64,000 nucleotides of DNA from Octopus vulgaris (lineage: Eukaryota). The DNA lies in assembly GCA_951406725.2 (NCBI GenBank), contig OX597839.1:17484001-17548000 (forward strand), in the 5' to 3' direction. Below the pieces are notes generated by a model. It made no database searches. It saw only the letters and a program-made list of their open reading frames with translations, and was not told the origin of the DNA. A program made the translations under genes and the position numbers. Positions 28,004 through 39,119 of this stretch are shown in pieces; the stretch's first letter is position 1, and each line of letters begins with the position of its first letter.

Positions 28004-28210
28004 TCATCATCATAATTTAGTGTTTGTTTTTTAAGCTGGCATGGGTTAGATTGTTTGACTAAAACTGGTAAGTCAGAGAGCTGCACCAGGTTCCACTCAG
28101 TTTCAGTTTGGTTTCTATTGCTGAATGCCCTTCCTAATGCCAACCTCTCCACAAAGCACACCAGATACCCTTAATGTGTCACTGGCACAGTTACTTTTAA
28201 ATTTTCACTA

Positions 28211-28250
<40 letters not shown>

Positions 28251-28870
28251 AGAGAGGAAGAGACGATGGGTCTCAGCAGAGTATCCATTTACAAAATTTC
28301 ACTCCACATGAAACTTGTTGAAGGTGGGACTCAAACCCAAAAGCACATAGTTGTGAACCAAACATCATAGCCATACAACGGTCCTTTGATGTATTAAATA
28401 TTAACAAACAAGGGTAAACTCCTGGAATCTAATGAAACCAGTGATAATACATAGCGGCAGCTAATCATCCACATGAGAGTTGATACTTGTTACTATACTG
28501 GGTGAGAAATGAACAAAAATCGAACATTTCAAGGGGTAGGGGGTGTCCTTGCGCCTTTTGTCTGAGAGTGAGGAAGAAAGAAAAGAAAAGTGGCGTTGTC
28601 ATTTCGGCTGGAGGTCAAGTATAAATGATAAAATATTGATAAAATAGCCTGGCACGTCTCATTATAATATTGATGGTCAGAAAATAGAATGTGGGCAGTA
28701 TCCTGTGAAAGTCAGAAATTAGGTACTAACTACAGGTCTTGTATATGTGCAGACGCTTTGATGATACAAATAGCTGGTCATTTTTTGTTTTTTTCTTTCA
28801 TTTTTACCTTTTCTTTTCCTTTTTTTCTGTTAGCCATTCTTTCTATTTGGTGTGTGTGTGTGTGTATGTG

Positions 28871-28903
<33 letters not shown>

Positions 28904-29035
28904 CTGCATATGTGAATGTATGTATACACACATATACATATGCATGTGTGGATATGTGTGTGTATATATTTGCATTGTGTGTATGTATATATATATATGT
29001 ATATATTTGTGTGTGTGTGTGTATATATATATATA

Positions 29036-29070
<35 letters not shown>

Positions 29071-29915
29071 CACCCAATCATGCACAATAACATACACACA
29101 ATCAAGCACACACAATCACAAATACATACACATATCACATTGTGCACACATTGCCTGGACAGACAGCTGAATGGATAGATGGATGGATGGTGTGTTCAAT
29201 GGTGGTAGTCGTGGTTGGGACTAATAAAAATGTGTCTGCCTTGATGACTATACTGATGATAAATTAGTATTTGAATTCCCGATACCTACCAATTAAGGTT
29301 GACAGCCAAAGAGCTATTTTCATTAAGATGCTCTCCTCTGAAGAACCAGTCTGAATTTAGAGTTGAAAGGAAAACCTCACCATAATTGTTAGCTTTAGAC
29401 TGGTTCCTTTCTTTGTATTTATTCCAGTTTTATTTCTTGATTGTCTTCATTATGCCCTGCTTCTGAATATAAAGTCAAGAATTTGAGAATTTGTGTAGAA
29501 ATTATTTCGAATTATTTTATATTTCCATATCCTCACGTGCACGTGTGTGTGTGTGTATGTTTTGTTTTTGTGTGTATATGTGTGTGCTTTTGTGTTTATG
29601 TGTATATATGTGTGCATGCTTATGTGAATGTGTATTTATGTGTGTATATGTGTGTATATGTGTCTGTGAATGTGTGTGTTGCTATATAAATGCCTGTGTC
29701 AGTTTTATCTAAGTAGACCAGCATTTGGCTTCTCTGATGACTCACAGAAAATATTGATTTTTTTTTTGTTTTATTTTATTATTATCATTATTATTTTTGT
29801 TTGTTTGTTTGGTATTTTGTTTATATTTGCCAAAGAGGTTATGAGGTCACTATTTCTAAAAGAAGAAACTCACAGAAACCCAACTGAACTGTATCTTGTG
29901 TATTACCAGTACTCA

Positions 29916-29918
<3 letters not shown>

Positions 29919-29972
<54 letters not shown>

Positions 29973-30012
29973 ATTTTTTATTATTATTATTATTATCATT
30001 ATTATTACTATA

Positions 30013-30053
<41 letters not shown>

Positions 30054-30095
30054 TAATATTATTATTATTATTATTATTACTATTATTATTACTAC

Positions 30096-30136
<41 letters not shown>

Positions 30137-30168
30137 TATTATTATTATTATTACTACTACTACTATTA

Positions 30169-30199
<31 letters not shown>

Positions 30200-30230
30200 T
30201 ATCATTATTATTATTATTATTATTATTATT
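29919..30230. repeat. (ATT)n microsatellite with ACT/ATC variants
   Basis: Direct reading of the sequence. Confidence 0.95.
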
Positions 30231-31430
30231 AAGGCAACAAGCTGACAGAACTGTAAACATGTTGGACAAAATACTTAGTGGTACTTCGTCTGTCTTTACA
30301 TTCTCAATTCAAATTCTGCTGCAGTCGAGTATGCCTTTCATCCTTTAGGGATTGATAAAATAAGTACCACCTTTCCCAAGCTGCCCTTGTAGCAAAAATA
30401 ATAATTACTATTATTACCTCCGCCTTAGCGAAGGTGGACAAATTGTTTTCAGTTGTATTTGTTTGTCTGTTTGTTTGTCTGTGGACAAAATATCTCAAGA
30501 ACTGCTGGATGGATTCAGATGAAACTTTCAGGGATGTTTGGCCTCATGACTGGCACGAACTGATTAGATTTGGGGTTTTGATTTGGTACTGGACAAGGAT
30601 TCTGGATTATTTTGCCTGTTTTTTTTACTTAATTTTTGAGAGCAGTCAGATAAATTTTTAGCATTCTCATTTGTGAGAGTAGTCGAATTTATTTCAGATA
30701 TTCTCATTTTATAAATCATCTCTGGCTAATCATTGAGAAGTTGTTGGTGTTGCCTTGGTCGAGGTTTGTGCTCTCTGAGTGCTCTTGTTATTATTATTAT
30801 TTTTAAGGTGGTGAGCTGGCAGAGTTGTTAATATGCTGGGAAAGTTGCTCAGCAGCATTTTGTCTGTCTTTACATTCTGAGTTCAAATTCCAGCAAGGCT
30901 GCTTCGGCATTTGTACTCTCAAGGTCAACAAAATAAGTACCAGTTGAAAACTGAGGTCGATGTAATTAACTTATCCCCACTCACTGAAATTTTGGACCTT
31001 GTGACAAAATTTTAAATTATTATTATTATTATTATTATTAAGGTTGTGGCTGGCAAAATTGTTAGCACACTGGACAAAATGCTTAGCGGTATTTCGACTG
31101 CCACTCCATTTTGAGTTCAAATTTCGTTGAGTTCCACTTTGCCTTTCATCCTTTTGGGGTCAATAAAATAAGTACCAGTTGAACACTGGGGTCGATGTAA
31201 TCGACTTATCCCTACCTCCACCAGGCTGGCAGAACCATTAGTATCGTGAACAAAATGCTTAGTGGTATTAGGTCCATTTTTCACTCTGAATTCAAATGCT
31301 GCTCAGGTTGATGTTGCCTTTCATCTTTTTGTGATCAATAAAATAAGAATCAATTGCACACTGAGGTCAATGTAATTGACCAATCCCTCTCCTGCAAAAT
31401 TTCAGGCCTTGTGCCTATACTAGAAAGGAT
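30231..31430 (+). mobile_element. Cluster of four same-orientation SINE family B copies
   Basis: Copies at ~30231-30368, ~30805-31020, ~31040-31220 and ~31223-31430, each with ctggcagaa...gagttcaaatt...aaaataagtacc-type sequence, mostly separated by (ATT)n. Confidence 0.75.
30413..30788 (+). mobile_element. Helentron/DINE-1-like non-autonomous element (HINE)
   Basis: Starts ttacctccgcc, has a (GTTT/GTCT)n microsatellite near the 5' end, a degenerate subterminal inverted copy ggtcgaggt and a 3' hairpin-like gtgctctctgagtgc; inserted in (TTA)n. Confidence 0.7.
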
Positions 31431-31484
31431 TATTATTATCATTATCATCTTTACATGTATTGTATATCAGTTCCATTCTTAGTC

Positions 31485-31636
31485 TGGTTATGGTAGAATC
31501 CTTCTTCCCAACCACATGGTCCTGGGTTCAGTTCCACTGCATGGCACCTTGGGTAAGTGTCTCCTACTATAGCCTAGGTCTGACCGAAGCCTTGTGAGAG
31601 GATTTGGTAGACAGACTGAAGGAAACCAGTCATATA

Positions 31637-31690
<54 letters not shown>

Positions 31691-31920
31691 TGGGTGTGTG
31701 TTTTTGTGTCTATGTTTGTCCACCCACCATCATTTAACAACTGTTGTTGATGTGGTTATGTCCCTTTGATGTAGCAGTTCAGCAAAAGAGACCAATAGAG
31801 TAACTACTAGGCTTACAAAGAATAAGTTCTGGGGTTGATCTCTTTACTAAAACCCTTTAAGGTGGTGCACCAGCATGGCTGCAGTCAAATGACTGAAACA
31901 TGTAAGAGAATAAAAGAATA
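31485..31920 (+). mobile_element. SINE family A copy
   Basis: Matches the 8511-8880 consensus from ccaaccacatgg through aaatgactgaaacatgtaagagaataaaagaata. Confidence 0.8.
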
Positions 31921-31930
31921 TGCACGCACG

Positions 31931-31979
<49 letters not shown>

Positions 31980-32956
31980 AGGATGGAAAGAAATCCTTGA
32001 AGATAGTGCCCAGCATGGCTACACTCCAAAAGCCAAAACCTATCAAAATATAAAGCAAAAGAGAAATAATAATTTCTAATTTTAGTACAAGACCAGCAGT
32101 TTTGAGGGCACGCTCCGAAAGGATGAAAGGCAAAGATGACCTAGGTGGTATTGGAACTCTGAACATAAAGTGCATTAAGAAATGCAGCTTAGCATTAAGT
32201 TCGATGGGCTGATGATTTCGCCAGCCCATTGCCTTTGGAAAAAGAAATAATGCATCTCATTTGGTGTTCTCCTGCTTCAGCAATTGACATTCCCACAACT
32301 ACGACTACCATTTAATAGCACATTTGAGATTGAAACAGACTCCAGCTGCCTATATCACTGCTGAGATAAAGAGGATGTCTTTTACATGGTTGTTTAACAT
32401 TATAGAAATAGTAACCCAATTACCTCAAAATCATGCACCTTATTGTCTGGAAAATAAAAGGAAGGAAAGTGAGACATTGTATAATGCAGTCCAAAGGTGC
32501 AGGTATGGCTTGTGTGATTAAGAAAATAGCTTTGCGACCATGTGTTTTCAGATTCATTTACACTGCATGGCAATACACACACACACACACACACATAAAT
32601 GCAGATGTGGCTGTGTGGTAGGAAGCTTGCTTCCCAAACACATGGTTCTGGGTTCAGTCCCACTGCATGGCATCTTGAGCAAGTGTATTCTGCTGTAGCC
32701 TTGGGCTAATCAATGCCTTGTGAGTGGATTTGGTAAATGGAAACTGAAAGAAGCCTGCCATATGTATATACATACATATATATATGTATATGTATTTATG
32801 TGTGCATGTCTTTGTGTCTGTGTTTGATACAACATTACCATGGTTATCCAAAATTAGTGAAATTCCAACTGAATATCTGAATATCTGAAGCGCTAAGAAA
32901 AAGAACACTGAAATTGAATTAAACCTAAGACATTCCTTCATTCTACTAGTGTGTGT

Positions 32957-33025
<69 letters not shown>

Positions 33026-33026
<1 letters not shown>

Positions 33027-33329
33027 TAGCAGTATCGCCTGGCGTTGCTCGGATTTGTAAGGGAAATAACTATATAAGCATTTTTAGAGAATTACTTCCC
33101 TTATATAAACCGAGCAAAAAATGCATTAAAAATGCGGAAAAATGACAGTAAATTTTTTTTAAATCGTAGACTCATCGTAGATGCGCGCTAATACCCAGAA
33201 GGGCTCAATATGAATCACGACTATAAGATACCCGCTTTTGGTTAAACTGCGCCACAAAATGTGGGAGTAGTTAAGAATCTAAATCGGAGTAGACAGACAC
33301 ATGCACAACTTCAGTTTTATATATAAAGA
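33026..33329 (-). mobile_element. Non-autonomous Helitron, second subfamily
   Basis: Same CTAG/hairpin 3' end as 5194 and 13548 over ~65 bp, then a different interior; 5' TC; AT target at the edge of (TA)n. Confidence 0.75.
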
Positions 33330-34079
33330 TATATGCTTTTGGCGTGAATTGCTTTTTTATATGGCAATTTTTTAGCAATCCTGTAAATAATAATAATGGT
33401 ATTTTTATATAAGCTTAAAGCTTATGGCAATCACCATGCAATGACTAAGGAAATATCATCATCATCATTATTGTTTAATGACCATTAACTGAGTACTGGC
33501 AAGCCAGTTGGCTGCACCAGGCTCCAATCTGATTTGGCAAGGTTTCTACACCTCGATACTCTTCCTAATGCCAACCAATTCAAGAGCGTAGTGGGCGCTC
33601 TTTACATGTCACTGGCCCGGGAGCGAGTCAGGTGGCACTGGCATCGACCACGTTTGGATGGTACCTCCAGCATGGGAGCCAGTTGGGGGGAACTGGCATC
33701 AACAATGTTCAGATGGTGCTTTTTATGTGCCACTGGCATGGGAGCCAGTCACATGGCAAGTCTTTTCTTCCCCCAAAATTTGCTGTCTGAAATCTTGGAA
33801 TTTTCTCCTTGATATATTTTCCTACTTGTGTTGATTTACAACAGCTTAAACAGAATATTAGCAACATCAGGTTCACTAATGTTAGAGGATCTACGAAGAT
33901 AATGATGAGCAATGGGCTTTCATCCAGACTGAAATAAAAAAACAAAACAAAAAAGACCATTAGTGGATGGAATTACTTAGATCAGTTGTTCTCAACCATT
34001 TCTTGCCTAGGGACCACTTGGATTTCTATTTTACTCTATTGGACCTCCATAACCATTTGATATATACATATATATATAG

Positions 34080-34265
34080 TCACCATGATAGATCGTTAGC
34101 CACTACAAACATTTTTTTCTCTCCTTGTTTTTCCTGTGTCCCTTTCTGTAGAAGAGCGTAGCCTCGAAACGTAAAAGACTTTTTCTATTCCTGAGCGTTA
34201 TACTAATACATCTGTTTGTTTTGTACACCACCTGTCTTCGTCTTTTGTTTTTTGTTGTAAACTCT

Positions 34266-34268
<3 letters not shown>
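34080..34268 (+). mobile_element. ~190-bp hammerhead-bearing short repeat in (TA)n
   Basis: Starts tcacca, homologous to 21435-21629, (TA)n on both sides; hammerhead-like motif at 34142-34177. Confidence 0.65.
34142..34177 (+). ncRNA. Minimal hammerhead-like motif (A6U variant core)
   Basis: CTTT-CTGTAGA-A-GAG-CGTAGC-CTC-GAAA-CG-TA-AAAG: helix I CTTT/AAAG, palindromic ACGT helix III, GUA triplet. Confidence 0.5.
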
Positions 34269-34307
<39 letters not shown>

Positions 34308-34488
34308 AAAGGGCTTAGTAAAATAAATTACTTCGCCGCCTACTGAACTCATTAGAAATAGCAGCTAAAAAACTTTTTAAAGCTATTTCTAATACTTAAA
34401 GAAAATCTCTCTCATATATAGCGTTTGCTTAATTCAACTCACAAAAGTTTGGGGTAAGGACATTAAAAAATCAAATGCTAAGGTTATT

Positions 34489-34540
34489 TGAGTACGTACG
34501 TTTCAAGATTAGTCAAAGCAACATTTCTCTCTTCAGCTCA
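34489..34540 (-). ncRNA. Type-I hammerhead ribozyme (inverted copy)
   Basis: Exact reverse complement of 35009-35060. Confidence 0.75.
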
Positions 34541-35008
34541 TAAATTCCTTGGTTTGGATTTGGAAACACTGAAAGTAAGAACTTACCCTTTCGAAGATCC
34601 GCTCTCAACTACCAGTGCCAACGAATCCAAATAAGCAAGTGAATCATTTCTGCTCTCCCTTTCCACCAGCGTGGGTTAAAATCATCAAACGCTATGCTTA
34701 TTTCGGTAAAATCCGAAGCATTAATTAGAGGGAGATTAATTATAATTTCAACACTTGGTGAAATTGATTAATAATTAATTAATTTTACCCTCAATTGTTG
34801 AAATTATAATTAATCTCCCTCTAATTAATGCTTCGGATTTTACCGAAATAAGCATAGCGTTTGATGATTTTAACCCACGCTGGTGGAAAGGGAGAGCAGA
34901 AATGATTCACTTGCTTATTTGGATTCGTTGGCACTGGTAGTTGAGAGCGGATCTTCGAAAGGGTAAGTTCTTACTTTCAGTGTTTCCAAATCCAAACCAA
35001 GGAATTTA

Positions 35009-35060
35009 TGAGCTGAAGAGAGAAATGTTGCTTTGACTAATCTTGAAACGTACGTACTCA
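35009..35060 (+). ncRNA. Type-I hammerhead ribozyme
   Basis: TGAG-CTGAAGA-GAGA-aatgttgctttgactaa-TCTT-GAAA-CGTACG-TA-CTCA: intact core, helix I TGAG/CTCA, helix II GAGA/TCTT with a G-U first pair, palindromic ACGTACGT helix III; predicted cut after GUA at 35056. Confidence 0.8.
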
Positions 35061-35549
35061 AATAACCTTAGCATTTGATTTTTTAATGTCCTTACCCCCA
35101 AACTTTTGTGAGTTGAATTAAGCAAACGCTATATATGAGAGAGATTTTCTTTAAGTATTAGAAATAGCTTTAAAAAAGTTTTTTAGCTGCTATTTCTAAT
35201 GAGTTCAGTGGCTAAGTAATTTATTTTACTAAGCCCTTTTATATAATGTAATAATTTGAATTCGCCTTAAATGGTCCCTTTGCATACTGAACACTTGGTG
35301 AAATTGATTAATAATTAATTAATTTTACCCTCAATTGTTGAAATTATAATTAATCTCCCTCTAATTAATGCTTCGGATTTTACCGAAATAAGCATAGCGT
35401 TTGATGATTTTAACCCACGCTGGTGGAAAGGGGAGAGCAGAAATGATTCACTTGCTTATTTGGATTCGTTGGCACTGGTAGTTGAGAGCGGATCTTCGAA
35501 AGGGTAAGTTCTTACTTTCAGTGTTTCCAAATCCAAACCAAGGAATTTA

Positions 35550-35601
35550 TGAGCTGAAGAGAGAAATGTTGCTTTGACTAATCTTGAAACGTACGTACTC
35601 A
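35550..35601 (+). ncRNA. Type-I hammerhead ribozyme (second tandem copy)
   Basis: Identical to 35009-35060; predicted cut after 35597. Confidence 0.8.
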
Positions 35602-36169
35602 AATAACCTTAGCATTTGATTTTTTAATGTCCTTACCCCCAAACTTTTGTGAGTTGAATTAAGCAAACGCTATATATGAGAGAGATTTTCTTTAAGTATT
35701 AGAAATAGCTTTAAAAAAGTTTTTAGCTGCTATTTCTAATGAGTTCAGTATGCGGCGAAGTAATTTATTTTACTAAGCCCTTTTATATAATGTAATAATT
35801 TGAATTCGCCTTAAATGGTCCCTTTGCATACTGAACACTTGGTGAAATTGATTAATAATTAATTAATTTTACCCTCAATTGTTGAAATTATATATATATA
35901 TATATATATATAACTTACTGTATTTTTATAATTAAATATTAGGGATTGTATAAAAATTGTTAAAATAGTTCATGTCTTGTTGAAATATAAGCAATTTATT
36001 GCTCATAAATTTTAACAAAATCTCATATAGACCCCAAAGGGTCGTATGGACCCCTGTTGAGAATCACTGACTTAGATGAACCCTTTTCTGCACATAAGAT
36101 CAAGAGACAAGGTCCACTTAAATTACCTCCTAGCTCAATAGACCTGATTCCTCATAATACTTTTCCCAT

Positions 36170-36332
36170 GATAGTGGCTGTGGTGATGGTGGTGACTGTA
36201 ATGGTAGTGATAGTTGTGGTAATGGTTGTGGTCATGCTGGTGATGGCTGTGCTACAGGTGGTGCTGGTGGAGGTGGTGACTATTGTAGTTATGGTGGTTG
36301 TGCTGATGGTTGGTAGTAGCTGTGATGGTGCT
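36170..36332. repeat. Degenerate (GTG/ATG)n trinucleotide low-complexity tract
   Basis: gtggtgatggtggtgactgtaatggtagtgatagttgtgg... Confidence 0.85.
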
Positions 36333-36738
36333 GTCAATTGGAGCCAATAGTCTATATGAATCTCCCAAGAATTATTGATATACTAAAGAAGGCAATCATA
36401 CCCACTTGCAACAGCATCCACACAGATATCCTAACAATGGTTCAAAGGTCATGTATTCAATGAAGTAAAACAATGTTTAGCTGTCAAAGGTCATAGGCTT
36501 CAGCATTTGTTGTAATTTCAGACTTTTAAGCAAATTATTTAACTACTTTATTTATGTGCGCAGATTTAGGGCCACCCCGATTATGTAAATGTGATGTATG
36601 TGCATGTGTGTTTGTTTGTGTGTGCACACACACACACACATATGGGTAGACAGATATATACATTTATATACACTCACCTCACACAGTTACATATAACTTG
36701 CACTCCCAAATATCTGAACATATAATGTCAACACTAGG

Positions 36739-36822
<84 letters not shown>

Positions 36823-37525
36823 CATACATACATACATACATACATACATACATACACACACACGTGTGTGTGTGTGTGTGTGTGTGTGTAAAGCTGTAAA
36901 AGTTTTGTGAATGTCAAAAACCTTCAGAGGTGAAGGTAGGCCAAGCAATTAGATTTTATGGAGAAATTAGATTTTACTTGTGGTGCTATATAAAGCAACT
37001 AACGGTTTTGGAAATCACCTATATCTATAAAACACGTGAATGAATTAAAACATCTTGTTACACTTAATGTGTGAGTAACGACTACATTTAACTTAATGTA
37101 GTGTAGCAAGAGCAGCTTAGTCTCTTTTAACTACTCATACGATAGCCTGATGTCACTGATTTGAACAAGAAGAGAATTGAATCAGCTCAAGTAGCATTCA
37201 AACCTGTGTTATTAGGTCCAGCTCAAAGGTTGTGAGTGGTGGAATTGTTAGCACATTGGATAAAATGCTTAGTAACATTTCTTTCAGCATTTTATGTTAA
37301 GAGTTCAAGTCCAGTTACCTTTCATTTTTACAGGGGTTGATAAAAGTAACTGTTTGAGTTCTGGGATCAATGTAATCAACTAAGCCCTCCCCATAAATTT
37401 CATGCTTTGCACCTATAGTAGAAAGGATTACTATTATTAAAGCGATGAGTAGCAGAATCATTAGGTAGACAAAAGGCTTAGCTGCATTTCTTCCCATACT
37501 TTATGTTCCAAGTTTAAATTCTGCA

Positions 37526-37733
37526 TACTCTTTTACTCTTTTACTTGTTTCAGTCATTTGACTGTGGCCATGCTGGAGCACCACCTTTAGTCAAGCAAAT
37601 CGACCCCAGGACTTATTCTTTGTAAGCCTAGTACTTATTCTATCGGTCTCTTTTGCTGAACCGCTAAGTTACGGGGATGTAAACACACCAGCATCGGTTG
37701 TTGGGGGGAACAAACACAGACACACAAACACAT

Positions 37734-37777
<44 letters not shown>

Positions 37778-37950
37778 ACATATATACGACGGGCTTCTTT
37801 CAGTTTCCATCTACCAAATCCACTCACAAGGCTTTGGTCGGCCCGAGGCTATAGTAGAAGACACTTGCCCAAGGTGCCATGTAGTGGGACTGAACCTTGA
37901 ACCATGTGATCGGTAAGCAAGCTACTTACCACACAGCCACTCCTATGCCT
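37526..37950 (-). mobile_element. SINE family A, full-length
   Basis: Reverse complement of the 8511-8880 consensus. Confidence 0.85.
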
Positions 37951-38559
37951 ATACGATGACTTTACCTTTTATCCTCTTGTGGTTTATAAAATAAATAATT
38001 AAGTACTGGGATTGATGTTATTGGTTATCCCCCTCCCTTAAATTGCTGGCCCTCTGTTAAAAAGTAAAATAATATACCTGTACTAATATAGGTATATTAC
38101 AGTATACCTATATTAGTATGGTACTCAAGGTACATTGTACCACAGTGACACTAGGCACTAGAGTGTGATATATCTTTTATCTGTTTCAGTCATGAGACTG
38201 GCCAGGCTGGAGTACCACCTTCAAGAATTTTAGTCAAATGAATCAAACTCACTACTTTTCTAAAGACTGGCACTTATTCCGTCAGTCTCTTTTGCCAAAC
38301 CACTAAATTACAGAGATGTAAATACATCAACACAAGTTGTCAAGTGGCGGTAGGAGACAAACACACACATACACAAAAGCCTTTTTTCAGTTTCCATCTA
38401 ATGAATCTAATCACATCTACTAAATATAATTAGTCAGACCGAGATTGTAGTGGAAGACAGTTGCCCAAGTTGCTATGCACCTGGAACCATGTGGTTGGGA
38501 ATCAAACTTCTTACCACACAGCCACATCTGTGCCTGTTAGGTGCTCCTTTGGCTCATAA

Positions 38560-38592
<33 letters not shown>

Positions 38593-38740
38593 CCGGAGTA
38601 AACACATAAATGTGAAACAAGGTGGAAAAAAGAGTACTCAAATACCAGGGGTAGAGTAATATGCTTTATTACGAACGGGAACGTGAAACTCAGAGTAACA
38701 GGTTTTGTTGAATTTTCTGCTGCTTTCAAATAAAGTATAT
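38593..38740. mobile_element. Inverted/truncated Penelope-like terminal fragment in (TA)n
   Basis: 38671-38740 has GAAACTCAGAGTA (hammerhead 3' half) and ends aataaagtatat; the reverse complement of 38593-38670 begins aataaagcatat, so it is the inverted continuation. Confidence 0.5.
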
Positions 38741-39064
38741 ATGTATATATATATGCATACACACACACGTGTGTGTATGAGCCAAAGCAGCTGCTAAACA
38801 TCCACTTTACCATATCTACTATGCAGTCTTTCTTTGCACTATCTCTACAGTTGAAATTCCTCTATCATCGCAAGCACCAACACAACTACTACTGCTTTCA
38901 CCACCATCGTTTGCATATGTGCACATGTATGTGTATAATTTGGTTGTATGCGTGTGTGTGTTCATACTCATAAATATAATTCCACATTCTTTAACTGAAG
39001 CACTGTAAGAACTTCATTAGGCTAGAAGAGTTTTAATATTTTTATCTGAGAAATATTTTATGCA

Positions 39065-39119
<55 letters not shown>

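Larger units (their letters stand above)
34300..35892. mobile_element. Penelope-like non-autonomous / retrozyme array: one inverted partial copy, two tandem ~540-bp units and a ~58-bp tail
   Basis: Inverted arms 34300-34753 and 34796-35247; direct units start aacacttggtg at 34750, 35290 and 35834; no ORF of 60 aa or more; (TA)n both sides; one hammerhead per copy. Confidence 0.85.
33983..36069. mobile_element. hAT-type MITE split by nested hammerhead-bearing insertions
   Basis: TIRs cagttgttctcaac / gttgagaatcactg; perfect 8-bp TSD acttagat at 33975-33982 and 36070-36077. Confidence 0.85.

Noticed and set aside
29896-30348. Poly-Ile/Leu and poly-Asn ORFs
   Set aside because: Artefacts of the (ATT)n microsatellite.
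34750-35892. Tandem repeats or the 47.7-kb minisatellite as a CRISPR array or LTR pair
   Set aside because: No short constant repeat with unique spacers, no TG...CA ends or primer-binding site, and the context is eukaryotic.
36057-36350. Val-rich membrane-like or Thr-rich mucin-like ORF
   Set aside because: Degenerate trinucleotide tract; no convincing splice context or domain.
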